The notes under the pieces are model-generated. The model worked only from the letters and a program-made list of their open reading frames with translations, was not told the DNA's origin and did not search any database. Positions 12,847 through 25,103 of a DNA stretch of 64,000 nucleotides are shown in pieces; position 1 is the first letter of the stretch; every line of letters starts with the position of its first letter. This DNA comes from Saprolegnia diclina VS20 (taxonomy: Eukaryota): the NCBI RefSeq assembly GCF_000281045.1, contig NW_008246081.1, forward strand, positions 1 to 64,000, given 5' to 3'. Both the position numbers and the translations under genes were made by a program.

Positions 12847-13196
12847 GAAATTGAGATTTTGTCCGGATAAACATCAGCTGCGACCTCAGGAGCGTGATCG
12901 GCTGCCATTCTTTGGCCACGAATGTTCTCGCTGCAGCGACGCGGCGCCGGTCGTTTTCTGTAAAGATCTGTCAATGGGATGACGACGCGGGGTCGAGTCT
13001 GCCTGTCGCAAGCATCACGTGGCAGCTCGACCACTCCGTGTCCGTCCACAAGCTGCAGACCATGAAAAAACGTCGCTTCACGCAAGATCTGTCACAAATC
13101 AACCCGATTGGCCATTATAGTTGGCAATATGCGTTGTGATTGGATGAACGTCTCCGTACGAAATGAGATGCGTGTCTATCGGACGTAAATAAGAGC

Positions 13197-14258
13197 TTAT
13201 TGAATCGTGCACGCTGCGTCGTCGGCGGGCGGCGTCGGGCGCAGTCGCTGGAGGTACGCGACCACGGCTTCGAGCCGCTCCCTCAGCGTACGAGAGGCGA
13301 CAACACGGAGGCTTCGTCGCGCAGCTTCGAGCGCGCCGACCAAGAGCGTCTCGCCTTCGTAGTGCGAGCAAAAGTATGTCACGAGCTCCAAGTGGCCGCA
13401 GGCGGCGGCGCGACGGAGGCTGCCCGCAATGTCGTTCGCCCGGCAGTGCTTGTCCAGATACCTAACGACCTCAATGTGGTTGTGGTCGACGGCGCCAAGC
13501 ATTGCGTTGCGCGTGCCGCGGAGCCGGCGCTTGTCGTTCAAGAAGCGTATCGTCGCTAAGTCCCCTCGAGCCGCGGCAATGTCGACGGCCTCGTCCGAGA
13601 AGCCGTCGTAGCCGTTTTCGTGCAAAAAGCGCAGGACCGGAAAGTTCCCGGATCGCACCACGTCGTTGATCGTACCGGCGCCGAGCGACCGGGTGGTCTC
13701 GCGGTCGTTGGCAAATTCGGCGACGTGCAGTTGACCCGCCGTGCATGCCCAGCGCAACACGTGTGGACTCCAGTACCCGAGGTCTTCGAGGTACACGACC
13801 ATCGCGAGGTTGCCCCGCATGGCCGCGGCCTTCATCGCGCGCGGGTCGTAGTTGGCCCAGTCGTGTCGGTGCAGATACTCGACCACATGGAAGTGGCCAA
13901 AGGTCGCCGCGATGATCCACTGCGAGTTGGAGATGGCGGCGCGGGACGAGGTGCGCATGCCCCGAACAACCGCAAGGTTGCCGTGGACGAGCGCGTAGTA
14001 GACGGCGGCGGGGCGGCTCTTCGTGAAGGCGACGCGCAAGAGCGAAGCTGGCAACACGCGCTTGTGAAAGGCCGCAAAGGCCGCAAAGCATGTGGCGGGG
14101 TACGTATCGTCGGCCGCCAGCAAGAGCGCGTGGAGGCCCGCGAGGTCGATCGCGTCGAGGAGCTCGCGCAGCTCGAGAATCTCTTGGGGCGTGCCACGCT
14201 GGTAGGCGCTGACGAGCGGAAGCAGGTCGCGGGAGCCGAGCACGCGCGCTGCGGCCAT
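13197..14258 (-). CDS. Ankyrin-repeat protein, paralog of the adjacent gene
   Basis: ORF with AVDIAAARGDLATIRFL, AMKAAAMRGNLAMVVYL and an N-terminus (VLGSRDLLPLVSAYQRG) similar to the neighbour's (ALRSPDLVLAIVAYQAG). First ATG used as start. Confidence 0.85.
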   Translation of the reverse strand: MAAARVLGSRDLLPLVSAYQRGTPQEILELRELLDAIDLAGLHALLLAADDTYPATCFAAFAAFHKRVLPASLLRVAFTKSRPAAVYYALVHGNLAVVRGMRTSSRAAISNSQWIIAATFGHFHVVEYLHRHDWANYDPRAMKAAAMRGNLAMVVYLEDLGYWSPHVLRWACTAGQLHVAEFANDRETTRSLGAGTINDVVRSGNFPVLRFLHENGYDGFSDEAVDIAAARGDLATIRFLNDKRRLRGTRNAMLGAVDHNHIEVVRYLDKHCRANDIAGSLRRAAACGHLELVTYFCSHYEGETLLVGALEAARRSLRVVASRTLRERLEAVVAYLQRLRPTPPADDAACTIQ

Positions 14259-14673
14259 CACGTCAAAATGCAATCTGGCCAAAAGTGGGACGCTTCTCTG
14301 TCACAGCGAATCAGCGGGCGCGAATCCTCCCGCGGATATCGAGCCGAAGACCGAGAAGCGCCCCAGCTGCCGAGAACACCCTACATGTAGATATATTCCG
14401 GATCACTACTGCGAGCCTCTCTCCGTGGCCCCTCGACTCTGCTATCGTCGCGACAACCGCGCACGGCGAGCAAAAAACTGCTCCATCAACCCAGGTCTAG
14501 CCAATCAGCGTCGAGTGTTCGATTGTGAAACCGGGCGATTTCAAGCGGCCGAGGCAAGTCCGTCCGTCGGTTCGCGCTGAGAATAACGCGGCATCCTCAT
14601 CGTTCTTGTTGAAAATTTAAAAATTCGAAACTCGTGGAGGATCCTCTTGATGTTCAACGAAAGCGGTGGAGAT

Positions 14674-15180
14674 CTAGGCGGGCGAGGCGTCGCGGGGGTA
14701 GTCAGCGTGGGCCATCACGGGCGTATGAGCCATCTCGGGGTCCGATTCCCGCACAGAAATGATCCCGCCGAGCGTCAAGCCGATGGCCACGAGGTGCAAG
14801 AAGGCTGCGGTGAGGAGGCATCCGATCGCGGCGTAGAACGCAGTGCAGTCGAGCAGCTTGCGTGACGTGAACTTTTGAAACGAGCACGTCTCCGTGAGCA
14901 GTGTCGACGTGAGAAGGACGATGCCGGCAATGAGCGAGAGAAGGCCCAGAACGGCGTCGAGCGAAATGAGCATCCATGGCGCCGTCACGACGCGGGAAAA
15001 CGACCGCAAGCCGAGCAAAAACGCGATGGCCACGGCAATCATCCCGACCGTGTAGCCCGCGACCATCGCAAAGTCACCCGCCGAGACGCCTGTGACGGAT
15101 GTGGCCGTGAGCATGGCTGAGAAGCCGCAGATGGCTAGGAGGGCGCGGAGGAAGAAGTGGCCCATCGGCATCGTCGACAT
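14674..15180 (-). CDS. Four-TM MARVEL-like membrane protein
   Basis: 168 aa from ATG 15180, four hydrophobic helices, LDAV..LLSLIAGIVL, and a Cys pair in the second loop. Confidence 0.7.
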   Translation of the reverse strand: MSTMPMGHFFLRALLAICGFSAMLTATSVTGVSAGDFAMVAGYTVGMIAVAIAFLLGLRSFSRVVTAPWMLISLDAVLGLLSLIAGIVLLTSTLLTETCSFQKFTSRKLLDCTAFYAAIGCLLTAAFLHLVAIGLTLGGIISVRESDPEMAHTPVMAHADYPRDASPA

Positions 15181-16080
15181 GGTGAAGCGCTTGAAAGTAA
15201 ATGTGAAAATGAGAGGACGAGTCTCCTCCTGGCTAGAGCCAAGCTGGATTTGGTGTGTCACGAAACGTCCCGAGCAACATATGACGTGGACCACCTAGCC
15301 CGCTTCAACGGCAGAATGTGAGATTGGTCTAAAAACTTGATACACTCGAATCAGTAACGTGGTCGGTCTATTCTACCAGGAGCTAGGGCCCAACGTCCAT
15401 CAGCAGGTTTTGCTGAATATCAATCGCGTGGCATTGCATCTCAGGTCGGTCACTCGAAGACGCCAAAGCATGTCCCCCAACCGCCAGAACGATTCTGGTA
15501 GCGAGAAGCTGGTAGGATAGACTTCTACAGACTTCACAATATAGAGCAGTGTCTTACGTTTGCAGCTCGTCGGACGGGAAGAGCGCACATGCAGGGACCG
15601 ATACTTTCGACACTAGATTTTCGGTGTGAATCAAAGCAGGATTTATACATGGTGCCACAACTGAGACACGGGGGGAGTGCATCTTTTTCGACAAGGCGAT
15701 CCTGGCGTCGGTATGTGGGCTACTGAATCGTTGTATATCCATCAGTGTCCAAGTAACGTTGCACACTTTCGGAGTACAGTGTATTTCATTCGGAACTGTA
15801 CAACATTGTCTGTTCGCTGAAACAGCTGCGAACGACTGACCGAAAACAGCTTTAATGAAAGCAACATGCCTGCCTTTCATGTGGATATTGAATATGTAGT
15901 ACTGGTATGGGGAGCCAGAGCATGCAAGCATCAGGTGACGCATTTGCTGGTCGATTCCTGTTTCAAACAAATATATTATGTACACGTGGCGTGTCTAGGT
16001 CGACGTTGCGACACCTTGTGGTTTTCTGGGCGATTGCTCTCAGCAGACTAAGCTTAAGATCGAATGTGTTTCAAAAGCCA

Positions 16081-16620
16081 CTAAATTGTACATTTATACG
16101 CACTAGTCTGCGACGGTCCCAACTCGAGGATCAAGTCCAAAATGGAGTGGTCTAGAGCATCGTAGCAACTGTCGCTCTCCAGCAGAGATGGAGTGTTGGT
16201 CGCATCCAGCAACTGAGCAGCACGCGCCTCTTGTAGCAGCTGCTTGGTGTGGGTCCAGCAGTACCCGCCCTTGCGTGCGAGGATCTTGCAGTCGTCGACT
16301 TGGCAGAGGCGGCCGCCGCCGTGGCGTGTGCACTTGCCCTTTCGATGGGCGACGCGAGGGCAGTCGGGCACTTCGCACATGCGCTTGGCCTCGAGCCGCG
16401 CGTTGTGGCGCGTGCAAAACTGCCCGCTGCGGGCCTTCCCGACGCAGTTAGGGAACTCGCAGGACTTGCGGCCGCCGTGGCCGACGCAGAGTCCGCGGGC
16501 ATAGACTTGGTTCCAGCACTCGGCAATCGAGCACATGGACCGGTTGCGGTGGAAGAAGCACTTGAAGGAGCCATCGTCCATGGACGCGTTGGTGCATTCG
16601 TGAAAGCAACAGATCTTCAT
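16081..16620 (-). CDS. WRKY19-like C-x4-C...C-x2-HGG zinc-finger repeat protein
   Basis: Repeats CSIAECWNQVYARGLCVGHGG, CEVPDCPRVAHRKGKCTRHGGG and CQVDDCKILARKGGYCWTH. Confidence 0.85.
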   Translation of the reverse strand: MKICCFHECTNASMDDGSFKCFFHRNRSMCSIAECWNQVYARGLCVGHGGRKSCEFPNCVGKARSGQFCTRHNARLEAKRMCEVPDCPRVAHRKGKCTRHGGGRLCQVDDCKILARKGGYCWTHTKQLLQEARAAQLLDATNTPSLLESDSCYDALDHSILDLILELGPSQTSAYKCTI

Positions 16621-18410
16621 GACAGCAGTGAAAAAGGAAAATGATTTTGGTCGATGATGAAGACACAAGTTGATTCTAAAACAAGTGTCCTGTCACAGTC
16701 AACGCCCGAGTCCAACGGCGTCGTTACTTGCACTCGACATGTGCCACTCGCGATGGTGGACACGTTGGCGGGTGGAAATCCAGTACAAATACATAGAGGT
16801 AGCCTGAGGTAGCCCAAGGTCATAAAGCACAATTCACTTCAGATCCTTTACAAAACCAAGTACAATGCAGATTCAATGCACGGTGGTTGGAGGCGACACC
16901 TCGTAACCTGTGGTACGCTAATGCAGCCAAAGTCCATCAAGGGGCTTCTACTGATCCTTTGGTGGGGCGTGTGATCTCTTAAAGGCCCGTGAATCACGTT
17001 TAGTGTCAAAGAGCATGTTGCCAAGTTGAGAAAGCGATTGATTGTTGCGTACATTTGGGTGAACTAATGAGACCAGCATACCGCATCCTGGTGCGGGCAA
17101 CACAAGCTGGCCGTATGCGTGCTGGTGAAATGAGATACATTGAGCAATGGTGGCCTGTTGACGAATGGGCGAGCATATCTCGGTCGGTCCCAAGTCCGCT
17201 GCGTTGCTAAGAGAAGATGTCGGAGCTCCATGCAGGGAATGCATAGCAGCGGTTTCGACATCTGGTGGTCCAAGCTGTGTCTCAACACCACAAGTGCGCA
17301 GAGATACGGTGCTTCATGGCAATCCACTCCGGAATCAAAAAGGCCCAATCGAAAATGTTGCAGAATGGAATTCACTCCCGTTTGAATCGGGTCCCAGCTC
17401 TGTTTTCTCGCTGGGATCACTCTTGAAGAGCTGGCGCCGGGGAGGGCATAAGTTGGTGCTCGTTGGGTACTAGTACACTTCACCAAAGGTCAAAAAGAAA
17501 TTTATTCATCCATGCCTCTGCGTACTCCAGCGGGCGAAGAGCGCGCATCAACCTAGGGCCATGGCTTATGGGCCCGACACAACGACTGCAAAGCAGACTG
17601 TACCCGATCAATTTCCATCGCAAACACTATTTTCGGCACTACACGGTGCCGTTCTCGAGCAGCGTGGCAAAGACGGCGGGAAAGACGGGATAGCCGGCTG
17701 CTCATGCAGTTTTCCAGCGCCAGAGTGCAAGAGTGCATTGATTGATGTCCTCCCTGCGATAGACCAACGAGAGATTGTGCGACGACAGTGGTAGCAGCGG
17801 CCTGGTCTGGACACATGTTATACCCACAACCGTGGGCAAGATCGCGGTTGTATTGTAGACGCAGACCCACAGAGTGGCAGGTGCTCTGCGGGTGCGTCCC
17901 AGAATCCCACGCCTCCACCAGCATCTGCGCCTCCATACATTCAGCCTTCAATGCCTGCATGGGTTACAAATCAAATGCGGTTGCAATTTCTGTCTCTTCC
18001 ACCAAGTCTGGGCGTTCTCTGCGTCAGCCAACGCAGTCACGAGCTATACGAGAACCCAGGCTGCGTTGGTCAGCCGATCTTGAGCTCCGACGCGTCCAGA
18101 CGGCTGGCCCCGCAGGGTGCACATCACAGGCAACTGCATCAGCCACAGCGTGACGGCAAAGCCACTGGCTGGTGACCGGGCGGGTCGCTACGGAAGCCTC
18201 GGCAATCAGCAATCGGCGCATGGTTTGGACGACCTCCTCAATGCGTTAGCTTCAGGAAAGAGACGCTGGCGTACTCGTTCTTTCGATACGCTACGAAACT
18301 CGAGATTCTCTGAGATGTTGTTCTGCACAAAGCCCCTTGGAAAGCACAAAAGGGACACTATTTGGGCGGTTACTACTACCAGTTCGTTAGAATCGAAAGA
18401 ACGAGGCCGG

Positions 18411-20924
18411 ATGGCTTTCTTCAGCCACAAGGAGATCGACTCGTGGAATGGCGACTACAAGGAGACAAACCTCGACTGCGTTGGCTACACGGGCGCCGTC
18501 GTCGGTGTCCTTGGCAGCCGGTGCGTCGCGTGTTGTTTATGGCAACGTAAATGATCTTGTAGGGCAATTGTACTCGGCGGGCGGGAGACCCCGGGTGAAG
18601 ACTTCAACGAGACCGCGCTCGTCCTTGTCTTTGACCTGGTAACCGAGCGAATCCTGTACGACTACGACGTCCAGGGCCGCATCTCCCGGCGCATCGGTAT
18701 CGCACAAACACAAGAGGGAGATGTCGTGACGCACGTGGTGCGTAGGCCATCGCGTCGCAGCGCTGCCGTCCAAGGCGTCGCTCTTTGTCTTTGGCGGCGA
18801 AAGCATTGCCAGCGACAAACACGCCTACGAGAGCTTGGACGACGTCTACAGGGTTCAAATGGACGCCAACATCCTCACGATCGAAGCGGTGCGGTGACGC
18901 TGTCATAGTGTAGCGAGAGCTCTGCGTTGTAGATGCCGAAAAGGCACGAGGACGAGGTGCCGGCGCCGCGCGCGTGGCACTCGCTCACGCTCGTCAAGTA
19001 TCGTCCCGCCCAAGACGCGACCAAGGCCAAGGGCCAGGCAGTGCCGGCGGTCGGCGAGCCCGACGAAGCGCTGTTGCTGCTCGGTGGGCGCAGCTCATCG
19101 GCGCCAGCGCAAATGAAGGACGCGTGGGTATACGTGACCGCGGACAAGGCCGACGAGCCGAGCGACGGAATTGCAGCGACGCACAAGTGGCTCAAACTGC
19201 CTGTATGGCAACGCGTGACGTAGCGGAACTGATGCGCAGTGTAGACGGATGGCGCGTCGCCACTTCCGCTCGCCCATCACTCGTGCGAGCAATTGCTCGG
19301 CGGCGAGAAGGTCCTCGTCTTTGGCGGTGTCAAAGGCGCAGGGTCCTCACACCTCAACGACGCGATCAACATTCTGGATCTCTCAACAGGCGCCGCGACG
19401 TGGAGCACGCTGGCCACATCGCCGCTTCTCGCGACCTGCTTTCACGTCGCCGTCGCCATGAGCGTCCCCGTCGATGCCGCCAATTCGTCCGACTACTTTC
19501 CTCAGGTTCCTCACACAGAATATCGCGATATAAAACTCTTCTTCTCGGTAGACAACCACGGACGCGGTGCCTCTTGACCGTATTCTGGTGCTTGGCGGCG
19601 TTGCGGCGGACGGAGCCGTCGAGAGTTCCACGTTTCTTCTGCTGAACGCTGCGACCGGCCACGTCGACCGCGTCACGGGCTGCTTGGCACTCCAAAGGTA
19701 TGGTATACGCTTCTTCGAAGTACCCTAATCTCCACCGACATAGCTCGGTGGGCCACGCGCCGGTCGCATCGCCCGACCGGCGCAAGCTCTACCTCTTTGG
19801 CGGGACAGCGGGCCACAGCTGGCGCAACGCGACGTCGGTCGTGGACCTATGGCAGTACCAATACGAGCCCGCGCCGGATATGTCGCGCTTTGAGAAGATC
19901 CGCACCTTCCAGTACCCGAACGGCGACGTGTACATTGGCGAGCTCGACCCGGACACGGACATTCGGCGCGGCCTCGGGCGCTGCACCTTTGTCGACGGTC
20001 GCGTGTACGAAGGCCACTGGGCCGACGACGTCTTTGACGGACCTGGCGTCATGACGTACGCCAACGGAGACATCTACGATGGCGCGTGGCAGCATGGGAC
20101 GCGCGACGGTCTCGGGAAGCTCACGATCGCGCCGTCGCCGTCGACCAATGTAGATATTTTCGCAAAATTGATATATTGTATCCTTATACGCGTGGCTAGG
20201 TGGCCTTTTACGAGGGCGCGTGGAAGGCCGACGCGCGCCACGGAAGCGGTGCCTTGGGCTACGTAAACGGGTCGCTTTTGCGCGGCACTTGGGCGTCCGA
20301 CACCTTTGACAGCTCCCATGCGACGATCGAAGAGTTTGCTCTCGACAGCACCCGCCTCGGGACGTTCGAGGGCGAGGTCGAGAGTGCGACCAAGGCGCCC
20401 CACGGCCACGGCCGCTTCGAGACGCACGGGTACCCGTCGCGCGGCGAGATGTACGCGGGGCGCTGGGCCCACGGCAAGCGCGACGGGTTCGCCGACGAGA
20501 AATCATTCGCTCGTCTTCATGCGTTCTTGTGCGTAGCGAAGGGATGAGCATGCTCTACGACGGCACCATTTACCGCGGCGAGTTTAAGAACGGCAAAAAG
20601 AACGGGTTTGGCACGTGCGACTACGCGCGAACGCGGGACAAGTACGAGGGCAAGTGGGTCGGCAACCAGCGCTGCGGCCAAGGTGCGCTCGTTATCCCAA
20701 TGCTTCGAGAAGCGCAATGCAGCGTAGGCAAGTGCACGTACGCCGCTGGTTTCGTCTACGACGGCCACTGGGCCGCCGACCAGCGCCACGGCTTTGGCCG
20801 CTGCACGTACGCGGACGGCACGTTCTACGAGGGCGAGTGGAAGAAAGACGACTTCACCGGCGACGGCGCCCTCGTGCTCTGCGACATGCGCGCGCCGCCG
20901 ACGCCCGCGGACCGCGAGCTCTAA
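18411..20924 (+). CDS. Kelch-repeat + MORN-repeat protein (multi-exon)
   Basis: Kelch blades (LYSAGG, LFVFGG, LLLLGG, VLVFGG, ILVLGG, LYLFGG) followed by MORN repeats (YPNGDVYIGE, DGRVYEGHWADDVFDGPGVMTYANGDIYDGAW, YADGTFYEGEWKKD). Confidence 0.75.
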
Positions 20925-21106
20925 GGCGCCATCGAGCCTCTCCTAATGCTGCGCTTGTGTGTTGTTGTTGCTGCGTTGCGAGCTTCCCACAGACAGGCCG
21001 GCCAAATTGGGGCCGAATCTTCCGGATGTATAACCGGATGATTGTTATCCGGATGCGAGCAGTGTCAAGTCCCACAACGGAAGGAACGCGAGCAAGCAGA
21101 CGCGCG

Positions 21107-22891
21107 ATGGACAGCGAAACGCCGCCGCCGCCACCGCCGCCGCTGCCGGTGCTGCCCGTCGAGGAGCCTCCTCGCATGGAACCGCCTCATGCACCTGCCG
21201 TCGACGGCGAGAGCCCGCCACCGCCACCGCCTGCAGACACGCCACCTCCGCTGCCTGCCCTGTCCCCGTCGCCGCCGACCTCCAACGGCGTCGGCAGCTC
21301 GCCGGACGTAGCGGTCCCAGCGTCGCGCGTGGACGACGACAACGCGCCGGCTTCTGCCAACTACGATCCTCTGTCGTCCCTGCTACCGTCCAAGCCAGCA
21401 CAGCGCCCCGGCCACGCGCCAAAGGTCGATGTCAACCCGCCGACGACCGCGTCGCGCGGCTACATGGGTCTTATCGAGAACTACACCATCATCGACAAGG
21501 TCGGCTCTGGCACTTATGGGTACGTTTTTTGAGTTCGCGCGTCTCTTCCTCATGCGCGCCAACAGGGAAGTGTACAAGTGCCAGCACAAGATCACCAAAG
21601 ACATTGTCGCGCTCAAGAAGCTGCGCCAAGAAGTCGAGAAGAACGGGGTGCGTACATGATGGCCATCTACGCTCTCTCACGTGCAGCACTAGTTTCCCAT
21701 CACGTCGATCCGCGAGATGCGCATCTTGAAGCAACTCAAGCACCCCAACATTGTCGAGCTCAAGGAGATCGTGTCCAAGCAAGGTAACGCGTCGCACGTC
21801 AGCGTCGTCGTTGACGTAAGGATAGAGGCGCCCAAGGACGGAAAGAAGCCGCCGCTGTACTTTGCCTTCGAGTACATGGAGCACGACCTCTCGGGGCTTC
21901 TCAACCACGAGAAGGTCCCTCGCTTCACGCGCACGCAGGTGCAGTGCTACATGCGGCAGCTGCTCACAGGTGTCGCCTTCATGCACGGGCACAAGATCAT
22001 GCACCGCGACATCAAGGCCTCGAACCTCCTCCTCAACAACGAGGGCATGCTCAAGATTGCAGACTTTGGCCTCTCGCGCTTCTGGAACGAGGTGAACGCC
22101 AAGGGCGGCCGGTACACGAACAAGGTTGTGACGCTGTGGTACCGTCCGCCCGAGCTACTCATGGGCTCGCAGTCGTACGACTACTCGATCGACATTTGGT
22201 CGGTCGGCTGCATCTTTGCCGAGCTCATCCTCGGGCGCGCGCCCATGCAAGGCCGGAACGAGCTCGAGCAGGTGCGTGCGATTTGAAAGGCGCCTCTGAC
22301 AAGGTTGATAGCTGCAGTGCATTTACGGCCTTGTGGGGGTCCCCACCAAAGACAACTGGCCCAACTACGACAAACTCCCGAACGCCAACGTGTTTACGCC
22401 GGACGCCAAGCACGTGCACCTGCTGCAGGACCGCTTCAAAGAGTGTGGACGCTCATATTGCGCAATCTCATAGTTTGCACCTAGTCACCCGCCGGCGACG
22501 GTCGACTTGCTCTCCAAGATGCTGACGCTGGACCCAACCAAGCGCATCACGGCCCTCGACGCGCTCGACCACGACTACTTTTGGAAGGTGCCGACCTGCA
22601 AGCCCCGCGAGTACGTTGTTTATGTGAAAAGGTGTTTGTAATCGGGGGACTAGGCTGCCCAAGTTTGTCGTCGCGTCGACGCACGAGTACCAGAGCAAGA
22701 AGCGCCAGCAGGAAGAGGCCAAGTACGACGCGCCGTCGAAACGCCACCACGCAGGCAACGCGCCCATGCCGGCGGGCCGCTCGTCGTACGCTGCGCCCGC
22801 CGCGTCCCGCCGCCTCCACCAACAGCCGCCGCACGACCGGTACGCGCGGTCACACCACGGGCGCCGCCGGTCCAACTCGCGCGAGCGCTAA
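21107..22891 (+). CDS. CDK9/CDK12 (CDKC)-like cyclin-dependent kinase (multi-exon)
   Basis: Pro-rich N-terminus, GSGTYG, FPITSIRE, HRDIKASN, DFGLSR, YTNKVVTLWYRPPELL; the last exon ends RRRSNSRER*. Confidence 0.9.
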
Positions 22892-22973
22892 TGAAAACGA
22901 TGGCGAGTAAATATGTTAAATCATCTTTCGTATGTTTGGGCAACCACGCCCGTTCGTGTTCTAGTATAAGTTA

Positions 22974-24161
22974 TTAGACGGCCATGACGGAGCTCAAGCG
23001 CAAGAGGTCCTCGACGCTCTGGACCTTGACCATGGTCTCTTCGAGCATCGAGGCCATCTTGCTGTACGCTGGTGGCAGAGTCTCCGAGTCCGAGCCCGTC
23101 GACGACGTCGAAACGTAGTGCAGCTCGTGCTCGTCGTCGTCGGTACTTGGGCTCTCTGGCCGCAGAAAGGTCAGCTTGCACGTCACGTTGGTCTTCTTGA
23201 GAAACTTGCAGATCGTTCCGAACGGGACCGTCGCGACGCTGATGTCGTTGACGGCCATGAGCACGTCGCCCGTGCGCAAGGCGTCGATGCCGAGGGCCTC
23301 GCTGCCGCCCGTGAAGCGCTTGATGCGCGCGCCAATGTCGTTCTCGTCGCCAACGAGCGCCATCCCGAGGCGGTCGCCAGGGTTCCAGAGTACGCTGTGG
23401 GTCGCCGACGGAGCAGGCGCCGAGCGCAACGCGGCGCCGAGTTGCGCGAGCTGCCCCGTGAGGTCGCGCAGGTCGCTCGAAATGTCGTCGATCGTATCGT
23501 CCGACTCGGGCGCGTCGAGCGACGCGAGTGACGCCGAGCTGCCGACGTACGACGGCATTGTTCGCTGACTGTCAAACGCGCTGTGCGAGCTCATCGTCGA
23601 TGCTTGGCTCGGACTTCGCCGGCTGCGCGCGTAGCTCTTGAGACTGGTATCGACCGACGGGGTGCGCGAGAGCGGGCCAGACTCGGACCGCAAAATCGAG
23701 CCACGCCGGTTGAGGCTGCTGCCAATGCTGCTCATGCGAGCGCCGAGGCTGGCGCGGCGGTCTGGGAGCGACACTGACTTTTTGAGCACGTTGACGCTGT
23801 GCTCGGGCAAGCGGTGCTTTCGGGCGAGCTCGGCGGGAAAGTAGCCGTCGCCGCTCTTGACAAAGACGGCGTCCGGGCACGCCAGCACGAGCACGTTGAG
23901 ATGCAGCGCTGGCAGCTTGTTGGTGATGGCCACGTGGAGCGGCAGCATGCCAGAGAGGTTCTTGGTTTCGCACGCTTCGGGAAAGACCTTGATGAGCAGC
24001 TCGAGGATACTCAGGGGCACCGCGGGCTCGGTCACCGCCCAGTGCAGCGGCAGCATGCCAAACTCGTCGGCCACCATGATCGAGTGCGGGAGGTTCTCGG
24101 CGAGGTCGGCGAGCTCGGCCCAGTCGCCCTCCTCGGCGCGCTGCAGTGCCAGTTGGTGCAT
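22974..24161 (-). CDS. Ankyrin-repeat + PDZ-domain protein
   Basis: GMLPLHWAV and GMLPLHVAI ankyrin repeats, a Ser-rich linker, then PDZ-like LGMAL...ALRTGDVLMAVND...CKLTFLR. Confidence 0.8.
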   Translation of the reverse strand: MHQLALQRAEEGDWAELADLAENLPHSIMVADEFGMLPLHWAVTEPAVPLSILELLIKVFPEACETKNLSGMLPLHVAITNKLPALHLNVLVLACPDAVFVKSGDGYFPAELARKHRLPEHSVNVLKKSVSLPDRRASLGARMSSIGSSLNRRGSILRSESGPLSRTPSVDTSLKSYARSRRSPSQASTMSSHSAFDSQRTMPSYVGSSASLASLDAPESDDTIDDISSDLRDLTGQLAQLGAALRSAPAPSATHSVLWNPGDRLGMALVGDENDIGARIKRFTGGSEALGIDALRTGDVLMAVNDISVATVPFGTICKFLKKTNVTCKLTFLRPESPSTDDDEHELHYVSTSSTGSDSETLPPAYSKMASMLEETMVKVQSVEDLLRLSSVMAV

Positions 24162-25103
24162 CGCGATGTGTACGCGCAGAGGCAATCTCGGAAATGGAAA
24201 TTGCCGAGAAAAGCGCAAATTGGGTGCAAATTTTAACGCATCCGGATAGCGAACCACCGGATGCAGCATGCGTTTTCAAGGAATATGCCTTCTCGAGGGT
24301 TGGGATATCTTCCGAGAGGGCCCGACGGGTTGGACGTCGTGCATCCTGAAGCGTCCTAGCTTCCCAAGGAGCGCAGCTGTGCGCAAGACTCGAAACGAAG
24401 CGCCTCGCATCAAGTCAGGTGTCAGTCCGACCCGCGACATAAAATATTTGATCGCTGTGACCAAACAAATATATCGACTCTCACTTCACGCTAGTAGACT
24501 AGTTGACGCAGCCAACGAGGCCGACGACTGGCGTACCGTCGACAACCGTGCTGGAATCTGCCGGCAAGAACTGTGGCTACGCGCAAGATACTCGAGCGCT
24601 GCGAGTATTCCGTGCGATCTGAAAATGGATTGGGACACGGCGGTATGCGTTTATAGAGGTGATTGCGGCGAATCATCCGGATAAAAGTGATGGGCGTGGC
24701 ACCATCTGCAGCGATTATGTCGGAGTGAGTCACGAGAGGGTACCTCGGGCTTTGGGCTTTCTTTGGCGAGCGGCGCAGCGACGAGCCTTGGGGACGACTG
24801 CGACGCGCCAAGCTGTCGCACGTATCCACCATTCCTACGGCTTGATCGCGTCGGTTCAGCGCGAGTAGCTCCGCCGTCAGACCCACTTTGCCCATTCAAC
24901 GGTCGGCAGGCCTCAAGAAGTGCAGGTCGCGCCAGCTGACGCACGATTGGCTACTCCAGCGAGGGTGACAAGCACGACCATTCGCAGCGCCAAAAATGAA
25001 GCCACCGAATTCCTCCACTGTACCCAACCACCAAGATCGATGGTGGGCAGAGGACATCAACATAGACACGTATGTACTTGTATCGGCCGAGGAGGACGAC
25101 ACT

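Noticed and set aside
15300..18350. Lower-GC intergenic tracts flanking the WRKY19-like gene as possible transposons
   Set aside because: No terminal repeats, target-site duplications, or transposase/RT motifs recognised
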